A stretch of 64,000 nucleotides of DNA from Bacteroidota bacterium. GTDB taxonomy: Bacteria > Bacteroidota > Bacteroidia > AKYH767-A > 2013-40CM-41-45. Positions 1-8,304 of the stretch are shown here, one piece after another; the stretch's first letter is position 1; every line of letters starts with the position of its first letter. Made by a program: the position numbers and the translations under genes. Location of the stretch: NCBI GenBank assembly GCA_043783155.1, contig JAYVZS010000015.1, positions 34,825-98,824 of the forward strand, given 5' to 3'. Below the pieces are notes generated by a model, which worked only from the letters and a program-made list of their open reading frames with translations, was not told the DNA's origin and did no database searches.

Positions 1-595
1 AAGGGGTTAGTAAAAAAGAAACATAACCTAAATCACGATCATAAATAAAGACCCACCAATCTCTACCATTTGCATGCTTAACAGAGGCTAATTTGAAATC
101 ACTCAGCCGACCATAATAAAGCACACTATCTCTGGTTAAAATGTCCCCTAAACCTGAATTAAGATTTTTATCTATTATTGAATGAAACAATCTCCAATAA
201 TTAGTGTTAACCGAATCTCGGCCAAAATGAAAAAGACAGATCAATGAGTCAACTCCAGGATATGGCAACAATAGAGATGAAAAAACCGGATGCCCTTGCA
301 AACGACCACCATGGGGCATCATATTATGATTACGATCAAAAATATACAGGCCATTAAAATAATAATCAATTCCAGCAGCATAACAAAATAAATTCCCATT
401 GCTATCTGCTATTGTAGATTGATTAACATTTGCATTAGTACCAATTGAGGAAGTAAACGTAGTAATATTAGAAGTATCATTAAAGTCAATACCAATATGG
501 TCAGGAAAACACCAAATATTTCCTTCTTTCTGAGCATGTCCTGAAAGCCGAGACATGCTCAGAATAAAAAGAAGAAATATTATTTTCCTTATCAT
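1..595 (-). CDS. Hypothetical secreted protein, N-terminal part (gene continues beyond window start). Hand translation from ATG at 595-593 gives MIRKIIFLLFILSMSRLSGHAQKEGNIWCFPDHIGIDFND..., a signal peptide followed by an open frame to position 1.
   Basis: Own translation of the minus strand. It is not in the ORF track because no stop lies inside the window. Signal-peptide-like N-terminus. The start sits 1 nt after the stop of the neighbouring remnant ORF. Confidence 0.4.
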   Translation of the reverse strand, partial: MIRKIIFLLFILSMSRLSGHAQKEGNIWCFPDHIGIDFNDTSNITTFTSSIGTNANVNQSTIADSNGNLFCYAAGIDYYFNGLYIFDRNHNMMPHGGRLQGHPVFSSLLLPYPGVDSLICLFHFGRDSVNTNYWRLFHSIIDKNLNSGLGDILTRDSVLYYGRLSDFKLASVKHANGRDWWVFIYDRDLGYVSFLLTP

Positions 596-1498
596 TTATT
601 TTTGAATTACAATTTTATCACTCAACACTATCCGATCTTCTACTGTAAATCTATAAAAATAAATGCCACAGTCAACATCAGTCATTTCAATATTCTGTAA
701 CGTTTGATCAGACTGCAAAGCATAAAACTTCATCAGATGACCCTTCACATCATAGATTTCAATCTTTGCTCTTTCCCCATCATCCAATTTATACATGAAT
801 TGCATTGTTCCATTATTGGGATTCGGAATAATTTTTCCAAAATGAGTACTAACCTGATCTGAGTTTGGAGTTGTTGATTTCGATAAACGTGCTTCGTCTT
901 CAGCATAAAAATCATCGAGATCAAGCCCAAGCAAAACACGAGCGTCATACACAGCATCACCACCAGAAAGCGGGTTCTGGTAAGCTACGTTTAGCAATGT
1001 ATTCAGCTGGTCTCCATCAAATGCAACAAACTCATCTGTTGCCCATGTATGAAGGTAGATTTCAGTTATAAGCTGATCATTAGTTTCACTTAGGTTATCA
1101 GGGGTAATATTGGTGTTGGTAATATTTGCCTGCACCGTATCGTTCATTAGAATAAGGCTATCAATAACAAGCAACTCGGCAATATTGGTTCCTTTCACGC
1201 TGTCATAGAAGGCTGATAAATCGTTGTCGTAGTCAGTGCCTAATTTCATTAGATCCGGATTTTTATCCAATTCAAGGTAAGCATATTTTTTAGTCGTGTA
1301 CTTTCCATCGTCATCAAGATTAGCGTACTTTCCTTGTTCTTTAGCAATCCTATATAATTCTACTTGATTGCAGAATATATCGTTGCAAGGTGAATTTGTA
1401 CAAGCTGGATCTGCTAATCCAGTATCTCGCGAAATTGCTCCAACCGGAAATATACAATTTGTGCAAGCTGATCCAGTTAATGGATCATAGCCCCCCGT
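596..1498 (-). pseudogene. 5'-truncated remnant of a T9SS cargo gene (type A CTD: ...KIEIYDVKGHLMKFYALQ...YFYRF...). The frame is open from the in-frame stop at 1499-1501 with no signal peptide and no ATG; the track ORF 596..1270 starts at a TTG.
   Basis: Back-translation shows the ORF continues without a stop from 1270 up to 1498 (..TGGYDPLTGSACTNCIFPVGAISRDTGLADPACTNSPCNDIFCNQVELYRIAKEQGKYANLDDDGKYTTKKYAYLELDKNPDLM..). The C-terminus is a T9SS sorting domain. The 5' end abuts a GC-rich hairpin. Confidence 0.45.
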
Positions 1499-1499
1499 T

Positions 1500-1544
1500 C
1501 AGCGTAGTCTTGTGCCCGGGCTCGTGTGCGAGGTGACTACGCTG
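1500..1544. repeat. GC-rich palindromic (REP-like) element: 10 bp stem CAGCGTAGTC/GACTACGCTG around a 25 nt GC-rich loop containing CCCGGG.
   Basis: Perfect inverted repeat read directly. GC-rich island in AT-rich surroundings. No T-run on either side. Confidence 0.5.
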
Positions 1545-1651
1545 CATAAGCATTTCAGACTATACTATTCCTTAACTTTTGAAAAAAAATTTCGAACCAT
1601 GTCAACAGGATATCAAATTTCAAAACTCCTGACTAGCTTATGTAGTTAACA

Positions 1652-2761
1652 CTATATTTTTAAATTAATAGTGTAGTGGATGCTTCTTCCCCCACCTTTA
1701 GCAATTAGTATTTTTAAATCTACTAACTCCTGAAGGTCTCTGGTAGCTGTTGCTTTTGATGCCTTCGTGATGGATATGTATTTTTTTGCTGTCATGCCGC
1801 CTTCAAAACCGTTTGGTTCTTCGTCAAGCATCCTTTTGACAGCCTTTAACTGACGCTCGTTTAGCTGATCTCTGAAACGGTCAAAAAATTTCGTTTTACA
1901 TAGCGTGAAATCAATTAAGGCTTTCGCTTGTCTCTGTGCTTCGAGCACAGTATTGACAAAATACTTAATCCAGCCGGTGATTTCGTTGCTCCCTTGTGTT
2001 TTCTCCAATACTGCATAATATAATTTCTTGTTTGCCTCTATGGTTTGAGACAAACTAAGAAACACCGGTCTTCCGATCGTTTGAGACAATGCTTTCTCTG
2101 CAATGGCTCTTCCTATTCTGCCATTTCCATCTTCAAAAGGATGGATTGTTTCAAAATAAAGATGTGCAATTGCAGCTCGAACAGGTGATTTTTTAATCTC
2201 TTTCTTTCCACCCGGCGCTGTATCATTAAACCATTTGATGAACTTTCGCATTTCACCGGGAACACGTGATGAAGGAGGCGCTTCAAAATGGATTTTTTCT
2301 TTGCCCAATGCACCTGAAACAATTTGCATTGGTTCTTTGTGCGTTCGCCATGCACCAACCTCAATTCGTGAGTTCCGGGTCATAAGCATCTTGTGCCATA
2401 AAAATAAATCCTGTTCTGTAAGGGGGGATGAAAAAGTGTTGCGAACAGCAACCATTAATTCTCCTGCGCCTCCGGCCTTTTTATCTTTTATCTTTTCCAG
2501 ATTTTTATTCAATCCAAGGTTGTTTCGGATAGAAGAAATAACGTCCGGTCTGCTCAAATACTCTCCTTCGATTTCAGAAGTTTTAATCGCCTCCGAAACC
2601 ATTATATGAATCATTGTCTCCGACTGAATATTTTCAGGCATTCCTTTGAGAATACCACTGATGTGACCTGTTTCTTCTACAAAAGCATAGAGCGCATCTT
2701 CCACTTCGCTGAGATTGTAACTGAATTCAGGCCAATCTTTTTGTTGCCAGTTATAAACCAT
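1652..2761 (-). CDS. Fic family protein (class II-like). It has the HPFEDGNGRIGRA Fic motif, an N-terminal TSEIEG inhibitory-helix motif and a C-terminal winged-HTH-like tail. The track ORF extends to a TTG at 2812, but the likely start is the ATG at 2761 (MVYNWQQKDWPEFSY...).
   Basis: HPFx[DE]GNGR motif and [ST]xxxE[GN] motif in the translation. AT-rich compared with flanking DNA. A terminator-like hairpin overlaps the 2812 TTG. Confidence 0.8.
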   Translation of the reverse strand: MVYNWQQKDWPEFSYNLSEVEDALYAFVEETGHISGILKGMPENIQSETMIHIMVSEAIKTSEIEGEYLSRPDVISSIRNNLGLNKNLEKIKDKKAGGAGELMVAVRNTFSSPLTEQDLFLWHKMLMTRNSRIEVGAWRTHKEPMQIVSGALGKEKIHFEAPPSSRVPGEMRKFIKWFNDTAPGGKKEIKKSPVRAAIAHLYFETIHPFEDGNGRIGRAIAEKALSQTIGRPVFLSLSQTIEANKKLYYAVLEKTQGSNEITGWIKYFVNTVLEAQRQAKALIDFTLCKTKFFDRFRDQLNERQLKAVKRMLDEEPNGFEGGMTAKKYISITKASKATATRDLQELVDLKILIAKGGGRSIHYTINLKI

Positions 2762-2795
2762 GAGCCGATTAGTAAATTTATTCGGCTCAAAAGTA

Positions 2796-2833
2796 AAGAA
2801 AAAATGAGCCAAATAATCAAGTTATTTGGCTCC
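2796..2833 (-). terminator. Rho-independent terminator on the minus strand downstream of fabF: GCCAAATAA-tcaag-TTATTTGGC followed by a TCATTTTTTCTTT run. A second hairpin GAGCCGA..TCGGCTC (2763-2789) lies just 5' of the Fic ATG.
   Basis: Inverted repeat plus T-run read on the minus strand. Confidence 0.45.
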
Positions 2834-2992
2834 TTGTAACAGAGAAATTGATGGCAGAAAATTGAATTGTCTAACAACAATGAATGCGCCCGCGGCAAAC
2901 TGCGAGGTATCAAATTTAGGATTGTATTATTTTCAGGAACTTCCGCTGTATTCAGAAAGAAAAAATAATTGTACCCAAGGAGAAATAGGAAC

Positions 2993-4246
2993 TTACCCGT
3001 TGTACTTCCCGAAAATAACGGAAGCATTGTGCCCTCCGAATCCGAAGGTATTGCTCATGGCATTGCGCACTGTACGCTTCTGGGCCTTGTTAAAAGTAAA
3101 ATTCAGTTTCGGATCAAACTGAGGATCATCTGTAAAATGGTTAATTGTTGGCGGCACAATATCCTCCTTCACGGCCATGATGGCTGCAATGGCTTCCACA
3201 GCACCCGCCGCTCCGAGTAAATGACCAGTCATTGATTTGGTGGAACTGATGTTCAACTGGTACGCGTCAGCACCAAACACTGATAAAATAGCTTTCGTTT
3301 CACTTACATCGCCAAGCGGTGTGGAAGTACCATGAACATTGATGTAATCAATGTCAGAGGTATTCATTTCCGCATCACTCAACACGGATCTCATCACGTT
3401 CAAAGCACCCAATCCTTCAGGATGCGGAGCTGTGATGTGGTAAGCATCGGCCGACATACCTCCGCCTTTCATCTCCGCGTAAATTTTTGCTCCACGTGCT
3501 TTCGCATGCTCGTACTCTTCAAGAATAACACAGCCGGCACCTTCTCCCAGAACAAAACCATCGCGGTCAACATCGAACGGACGGGAAGCCGTTTTCGGTG
3601 AATCATTTCGAAGACTCAACGCCTGCAACGCATTGAAACCGCCGATTCCTGCTTCCGTTACCGAAGCTTCTGAACCACCGGCAACAAACAGATCAGCTTT
3701 TCCCAAACGAATGTAATTGAATGCATCAATCAATGCATTGGTTGCGGAAGCGCATGCAGAACAAGTGGTAAAGTTCGGACCACGCAATCCATATTTAATA
3801 GAAATGTGTCCGGAAGCAATATCAGCAATGATCTTTGGAATAAAGAATGGGTTGAAGCGCGGAGTACCATCGCCTCTTCCGAATTCAAGTACTTCTTCCT
3901 GGAAAGTTCTGAGTCCGCCGATTCCCGAACCCCAGATCACACCAATGCGGTCGCAATTTTCTTTTTCAAGTTGAAGACCGGAATCAGCCATAGCTTCCTC
4001 TGTAACGGCCAATGCGAAGTGCGTAAAGCGGTCAAGCTTCCGGGCTTCTTTACGGTCAAAAAATTTAGTTACATCAAACCCTTTCACTTCGCAGGCAAAA
4101 CGGGTTTTAAATTTCGACGCGTCAAAAAGTGTGATCAGGTCAGCGCCACTCACGCCATTGATCAACCCGCTCCAGTAGTCCTGTAACGTATTGCCCAACG
4201 GAGTAAGCGCACCAATTCCTGTAACAACAACTCTTTTTAACTGCAT
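2993..4246 (-). CDS. fabF: 3-oxoacyl-[ACP] synthase II (KAS II)
   Basis: Full-length translation with the KAS II Cys/His/His active-site context (TTCSACASA, INVHGTSTPLGD, FGFGGHNAS). Immediately downstream of acpP. Confidence 0.9.
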   Translation of the reverse strand: MQLKRVVVTGIGALTPLGNTLQDYWSGLINGVSGADLITLFDASKFKTRFACEVKGFDVTKFFDRKEARKLDRFTHFALAVTEEAMADSGLQLEKENCDRIGVIWGSGIGGLRTFQEEVLEFGRGDGTPRFNPFFIPKIIADIASGHISIKYGLRGPNFTTCSACASATNALIDAFNYIRLGKADLFVAGGSEASVTEAGIGGFNALQALSLRNDSPKTASRPFDVDRDGFVLGEGAGCVILEEYEHAKARGAKIYAEMKGGGMSADAYHITAPHPEGLGALNVMRSVLSDAEMNTSDIDYINVHGTSTPLGDVSETKAILSVFGADAYQLNISSTKSMTGHLLGAAGAVEAIAAIMAVKEDIVPPTINHFTDDPQFDPKLNFTFNKAQKRTVRNAMSNTFGFGGHNASVIFGKYNG

Positions 4247-4257
4247 CGCTTGGAAAT

Positions 4258-4494
4258 TTACTTCGCGTTCTTTTCAATGTAATCTACTGCCTGGCCAACG
4301 GTAGCGATTTTCTCCGCCTGGTCATCCGGAATTGCAATGTTGAACTCCTTTTCAAACTCCATGATCAATTCAACGGTGTCGAGCGAATCCGCACCAAGGT
4401 CGTTGGTGAAGCTTGCTTCGTTGGTAACTTCTTTTTCATCAACACCTAATTTGTCAATGATAATGGCTTTCACTTTTGTAGCGATGTCTGACAT
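4258..4494 (-). CDS. acpP: Acyl carrier protein
   Basis: 78 aa with the DLGADSLD phosphopantetheine-attachment motif. Confidence 0.9.
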   Translation of the reverse strand: MSDIATKVKAIIIDKLGVDEKEVTNEASFTNDLGADSLDTVELIMEFEKEFNIAIPDDQAEKIATVGQAVDYIEKNAK

Positions 4495-4874
4495 GTTTGT
4501 AAACGTTTAATTGTTAATTTTAATTTGAGGGTGCAAAGTAAAAATTAAAGTGGTTAACTTCAAAATAGAGTTATGAATCCTTCTCTTTTAATGACTTACA
4601 GATCGATCCCGGGTAAAGTTTGCGATAAAGGTAGAAGTTTTGCTTTAATAATTAGTAGAAGCGAAACAGTGTAGCTTCCGTTTAGCATCCTGCCTGCCCT
4701 TCATTTCAAGTCCTCCCCGCCTCCGGCGTAATGCGGGCTTTCCATTTCGGTCAGGGCTAATAATAAAGATTCCTGTTTCATAGTTAAAAAAGGATGACCA
4801 TCATTTGCACATTTCCTCATCTTCGCATCTGCCAATTCTTTTAATCCTCCTATCTTTGCTCTCAAATTTCAATT

Positions 4875-5354
4875 ATGCACCGACCAAGTTTCGATGAAAT
4901 CTACATGGAGCTGGCTCAAAACCTTGCTCCAAAATCTCATTGTGTGAAAATAAAAGTGGGAGCCGTGCTTACAAAAGACACGCGAATTGTTTCGCTCGGC
5001 TACAACGGTCCTCCTGCCGGAACAAATAACTGCGATGAAGAATGGCCTGAGACCGGTTGTCCGCGCGACAGCAAAGGCAGTTGTTCGCTTGCTTTGCATG
5101 CCGAACAAAACGCGATTCTCTATGCTTCAAAAAATAATGTCGCCATTGAGGACTGCACGCTCTATGTTACGCTGTCACCATGCCTTGCCTGTGCACGTGT
5201 CATTTACACACTCGGCATTAAAAAAGTGTACTACCTTCAATCGTATGCTCAGTACAAAGGCATCCCTTCTGATGAAGGCGTTGACTTCCTGAGAAAATTT
5301 GGCGTGGAGGTAGAACAGTTTCTGTTTACAAAAGAGACTGCCTTAACAAATTAA
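4875..5354 (+). CDS. Deoxycytidylate (dCMP) deaminase / ComEB-like cytidine-deaminase-fold protein
   Basis: HAEQNA...PCLACA zinc-binding motifs. Confidence 0.75.
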   Translation: MHRPSFDEIYMELAQNLAPKSHCVKIKVGAVLTKDTRIVSLGYNGPPAGTNNCDEEWPETGCPRDSKGSCSLALHAEQNAILYASKNNVAIEDCTLYVTLSPCLACARVIYTLGIKKVYYLQSYAQYKGIPSDEGVDFLRKFGVEVEQFLFTKETALTN

Positions 5355-5485
5355 TATCAAACTTTTTTCGGAAAATTTCGTTCCTGTATTCCGTATTGTC
5401 GGTTTGAATGCCGGATGTAATGAAGTCCCCACGCGGCATTTCAACATCAAATTATCAAATCTTCTAATTATCAAAACAACTTTCC

Positions 5486-7105
5486 GTGAATAAATTTAAA
5501 ATCTGGACACCATTTCTTTTTGCACTTGTACTTGCCGTGGGCATTTTCGTCGGCAGGAATATGAATGAGCCCTTCAAGAATAAAAGCAATATCTTTTCCT
5601 TCAAGACAAACCAGTTCAACAAAATCAATGATGTAGTCAACTACATCAACCAGGAATATGTGGATACGGTGAACCAGAAAAAACTCGTTGAGAATACCAT
5701 CGAGGGTATGCTTCACACGCTTGATCCTCACTCTGCATACATTCCTGCTGATGATCTGCAGGCCATGAACGAACCATTAGAAGGGAACTTCGAAGGAATC
5801 GGTGTTGAGTTTCATGTGCAAAGCGATACCATCATGGTAGTATCGGCAATTTCAGGCGGGCCCTCTGATCAATTGGGCATTCGTTCCGGTGACAGGATTG
5901 TAAAAGTAAACGGAAAAAATGTTGCGGGCATTAACATTACCAATGCACAGGTCACGCAATTGCTGCGTGGAGAAAGCGGAAGCAAAGTAAATGTAAGCAT
6001 CGTGAGAAGAGGTAATGACAAACCAGTTGAATACACCATCACCCGCGGAAAAATTCCGATTTACAGTGTTGATGTTTCATACATGCTCGATGCTAAAACC
6101 GGCTACATCAAGATCAGTCATTTTGCGGAAAAGACGTATGATGAATACATCGAAGGTTTTATGAAATTGAAAAATCTCGGTTTGAAAAATCTCGTACTCG
6201 ACCTGCGCGGAAATCCGGGAGGATATTTAAAAACTGCCATCCAGATCGCCGACGAATTTCTTCCTCAGAAAAAACTAATCGTGTATACACAGGGCCGTTC
6301 ACGTCCGCGTGAAACATACTATGCTTCTTCGCGTGGTTACTTTGAACAGGGCGCTCTCGTTGTTTTGGTCGATGAAGGAAGTGCATCGGCGAGCGAAATT
6401 GTTGCCGGTGCTTTGCAGGACCAGGATCGCGCAACGGTTGTGGGGCGACGATCATTCGGCAAAGGGCTGGTTCAGGAACAAAGTGAATTCCCTGATGGTT
6501 CCGCTATCCGTCTTACGATCGCGCGTTACTATACACCAACCGGCCGTTGTATTCAGAAACCGTATGTTGGTGGTTATGAAGAATATCAAAACGACTTACT
6601 CGACAGGATGAAAAAAGGTGAATTTGAAAGCACCGACAGCATTCATTTTATTGACTCACTGAAATACAAAACTCCTTCCGGAAAAATTGTTTATGGCGGC
6701 GGTGGAATTATGCCCGATGTGTTTGTACCGCTTGATACCACAGGCATTTCACAGTTTTATACTGAAGCGAACAGCAAAGGATTAATCACACAATTCGCGT
6801 ATGACTACCTCGATCAGAACAGGAGGTCATTTGAAAAATATAAATCGTTCGGAGATTATTTTAAAAACTTTTCTGTGTCGGATGAAATCTATCATGAATT
6901 CATCAACTATGCTTTGAAAAACAAAGTGTCAAAGGATGAAAAGGGAGAAAAAAATTCTTCTGCGATTATCCGGATACAGTTGCGGGCATTAATCGCGCGA
7001 CAAATCTGGAAGAACGATGGGTTCTATCCTGTCATCCATGAAATGGACCCGACCTTAAAGAAAGCGATGCAGTTGATTAGTTTGCACCAGGTAGCGGAGA
7101 AGTGA
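5486..7105 (+). CDS. Carboxy-terminal processing protease (S41 family) with PDZ domain
   Basis: N-terminal TM segment, PDZ region, and S41 catalytic region (GGYL...SASASEIVAG...GKGLVQ). Confidence 0.85.
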   Translation: MNKFKIWTPFLFALVLAVGIFVGRNMNEPFKNKSNIFSFKTNQFNKINDVVNYINQEYVDTVNQKKLVENTIEGMLHTLDPHSAYIPADDLQAMNEPLEGNFEGIGVEFHVQSDTIMVVSAISGGPSDQLGIRSGDRIVKVNGKNVAGINITNAQVTQLLRGESGSKVNVSIVRRGNDKPVEYTITRGKIPIYSVDVSYMLDAKTGYIKISHFAEKTYDEYIEGFMKLKNLGLKNLVLDLRGNPGGYLKTAIQIADEFLPQKKLIVYTQGRSRPRETYYASSRGYFEQGALVVLVDEGSASASEIVAGALQDQDRATVVGRRSFGKGLVQEQSEFPDGSAIRLTIARYYTPTGRCIQKPYVGGYEEYQNDLLDRMKKGEFESTDSIHFIDSLKYKTPSGKIVYGGGGIMPDVFVPLDTTGISQFYTEANSKGLITQFAYDYLDQNRRSFEKYKSFGDYFKNFSVSDEIYHEFINYALKNKVSKDEKGEKNSSAIIRIQLRALIARQIWKNDGFYPVIHEMDPTLKKAMQLISLHQVAEK

Positions 7106-7110
7106 AGAAA

Positions 7111-7208
7111 GGAGTGTTTAAGTGCATAAGTGTTTAAGAAAAGCAGGCACTCCATTCGGACGCAGACTTAAACACATAAACACTTACTTACACTTCAACA
7201 CTTTTTTG
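7111..7208. repeat. Interspersed inverted-repeat element, copy 1: two direct GTGTTTAAG copies, a spacer, CTTAAACAC, then a T-run. It lies between ctpA and sod.
   Basis: GTGTTTAAG at 7114 and 7130. CTTAAACAC at 7167. GGAGTG/CACTCC pairing. A closely related copy sits at 18772-18862. Confidence 0.4.
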
Positions 7209-7245
7209 TAATTTTGTCCCTCACTTATTTTTAACTCCCTCCCTT

Positions 7246-7854
7246 ATGCCATTCCAACTACCCTCTCTTCCTTATGCATTCAATGCACTGGAACCACATG
7301 TGGATGCACGAACCATGGAAATACATCATGGTAAACATCACGCAGCGTATGTCAACAACCTGAACGCCGCCATTACAGGTACGGATACAGATAAGATGAC
7401 CATCGAAGAAATCTGTAAAAACATTTCCAAATTTTCACCGGCTATCCGTAACAATGGTGGCGGACATTTTAATCACTCTTTGTTCTGGACATTGATGACT
7501 CCGGGTGGAAGCAAAACTCCGGAAGGCGGAATTGGAGAAGCCATCAACTCCACATTCGCAAACTTTGATGAATTCAAAACCAAATTCGCGGCAGCTGGCG
7601 CAACACGATTCGGAAGCGGCTGGGCATGGCTCGTTGTAAATGATGGTAAACTTGCTATCGGCTCAACTCCCAACCAGGACAACCCGATCATGGATGTTTC
7701 TGAACTAAAGGGAACACCAATTCTTTGCCTTGATGTATGGGAACATGCATACTACCTCAACTACCAGAACCGCCGTCCTGACTACATCACCGCCTGGTGG
7801 AATGTGGTAAACTGGAATGAAGTTGCTAAACGATTCTCGTCAGCTTTAAAATAA
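7246..7854 (+). CDS. Superoxide dismutase [Fe/Mn]
   Basis: [25 protein letters not shown] and the DVWEHAYY motif. Confidence 0.9.
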   Translation: MPFQLPSLPYAFNALEPHVDARTMEIHHGKHHAAYVNNLNAAITGTDTDKMTIEEICKNISKFSPAIRNNGGGHFNHSLFWTLMTPGGSKTPEGGIGEAINSTFANFDEFKTKFAAAGATRFGSGWAWLVVNDGKLAIGSTPNQDNPIMDVSELKGTPILCLDVWEHAYYLNYQNRRPDYITAWWNVVNWNEVAKRFSSALK

Positions 7855-8022
7855 AATTGTTTCACGCAGAGGCGCAAAGTTCGCGAAGGGAAATTAATAA
7901 ACATCCCCGCCGCAGAGTGGTCGGGGTATTTGTCGGGAATTATTTTTTTCTCGCTGCAAGCAGCGGGGAATTATACCCTAAGAGATTAAAAAACCTTTGC
8001 GGTCTTTGCGCGAAATGCATTT

Positions 8023-8147
8023 TTACACGAGGAAAATAAACCCCAGGATAAAAATGAGTATCATGATCAGGATCGCCCACAGATCAGCTGGAAAAAAATC
8101 TTTGTACTTAAAATAATAATCTCCGATTTTTTCTTTAAAACGCTTCA
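8023..8147 (-). CDS. Possible 41 aa small membrane protein (MKRFKEKIGDYYFKYKDFFPADLWAILIMILIFILGFIFLV), below the ORF-track size cut-off.
   Basis: Own translation. ATG start, TAA stop, C-terminal hydrophobic helix. No other support. Confidence 0.2.
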
Positions 8148-8304
8148 TGAGAAGGCAATAGTAAGAATTGTTTTTCGTCTTCGTACCCGTCCGCTGACTT
8201 CCTAATGAAAATTTGGTTCACCACCTAACCAATCTTCCTTTTCAACGTATCAAAAGCAAACTGTTTTTCAACCGGGCTGCTAAAATTTCCTCCCGCCTTC
8301 TTCG

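Noticed and set aside
745-1071. Track ORFs 745..963 (-) and 865..1071 (+) inside the T9SS remnant
   Set aside because: They overlap a longer frame with clear protein-like sequence (a T9SS CTD) in other frames or strands, and they have low-complexity translations.
2113-3220. Track ORFs 2113..2364, 2235..2609, 2606..2839, 2677..3027, 2826..3122, 2969..3220
   Set aside because: They are embedded in or antisense to the Fic and fabF genes, or lie in the AT-rich spacer. No motifs. Shadow ORFs.
4600-4760. GC-rich patch (..CCTCCCCGCCTCCGGCGTAATGCGGGC..) in the acpP / dCMP-deaminase divergent spacer, considered as a possible small RNA (SRP, 6S or RNase P RNA)
   Set aside because: I checked only the consensus boxes of SRP RNA, RNase P RNA and tmRNA and found none of them. 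Only short imperfect stems are present. Left unassigned.
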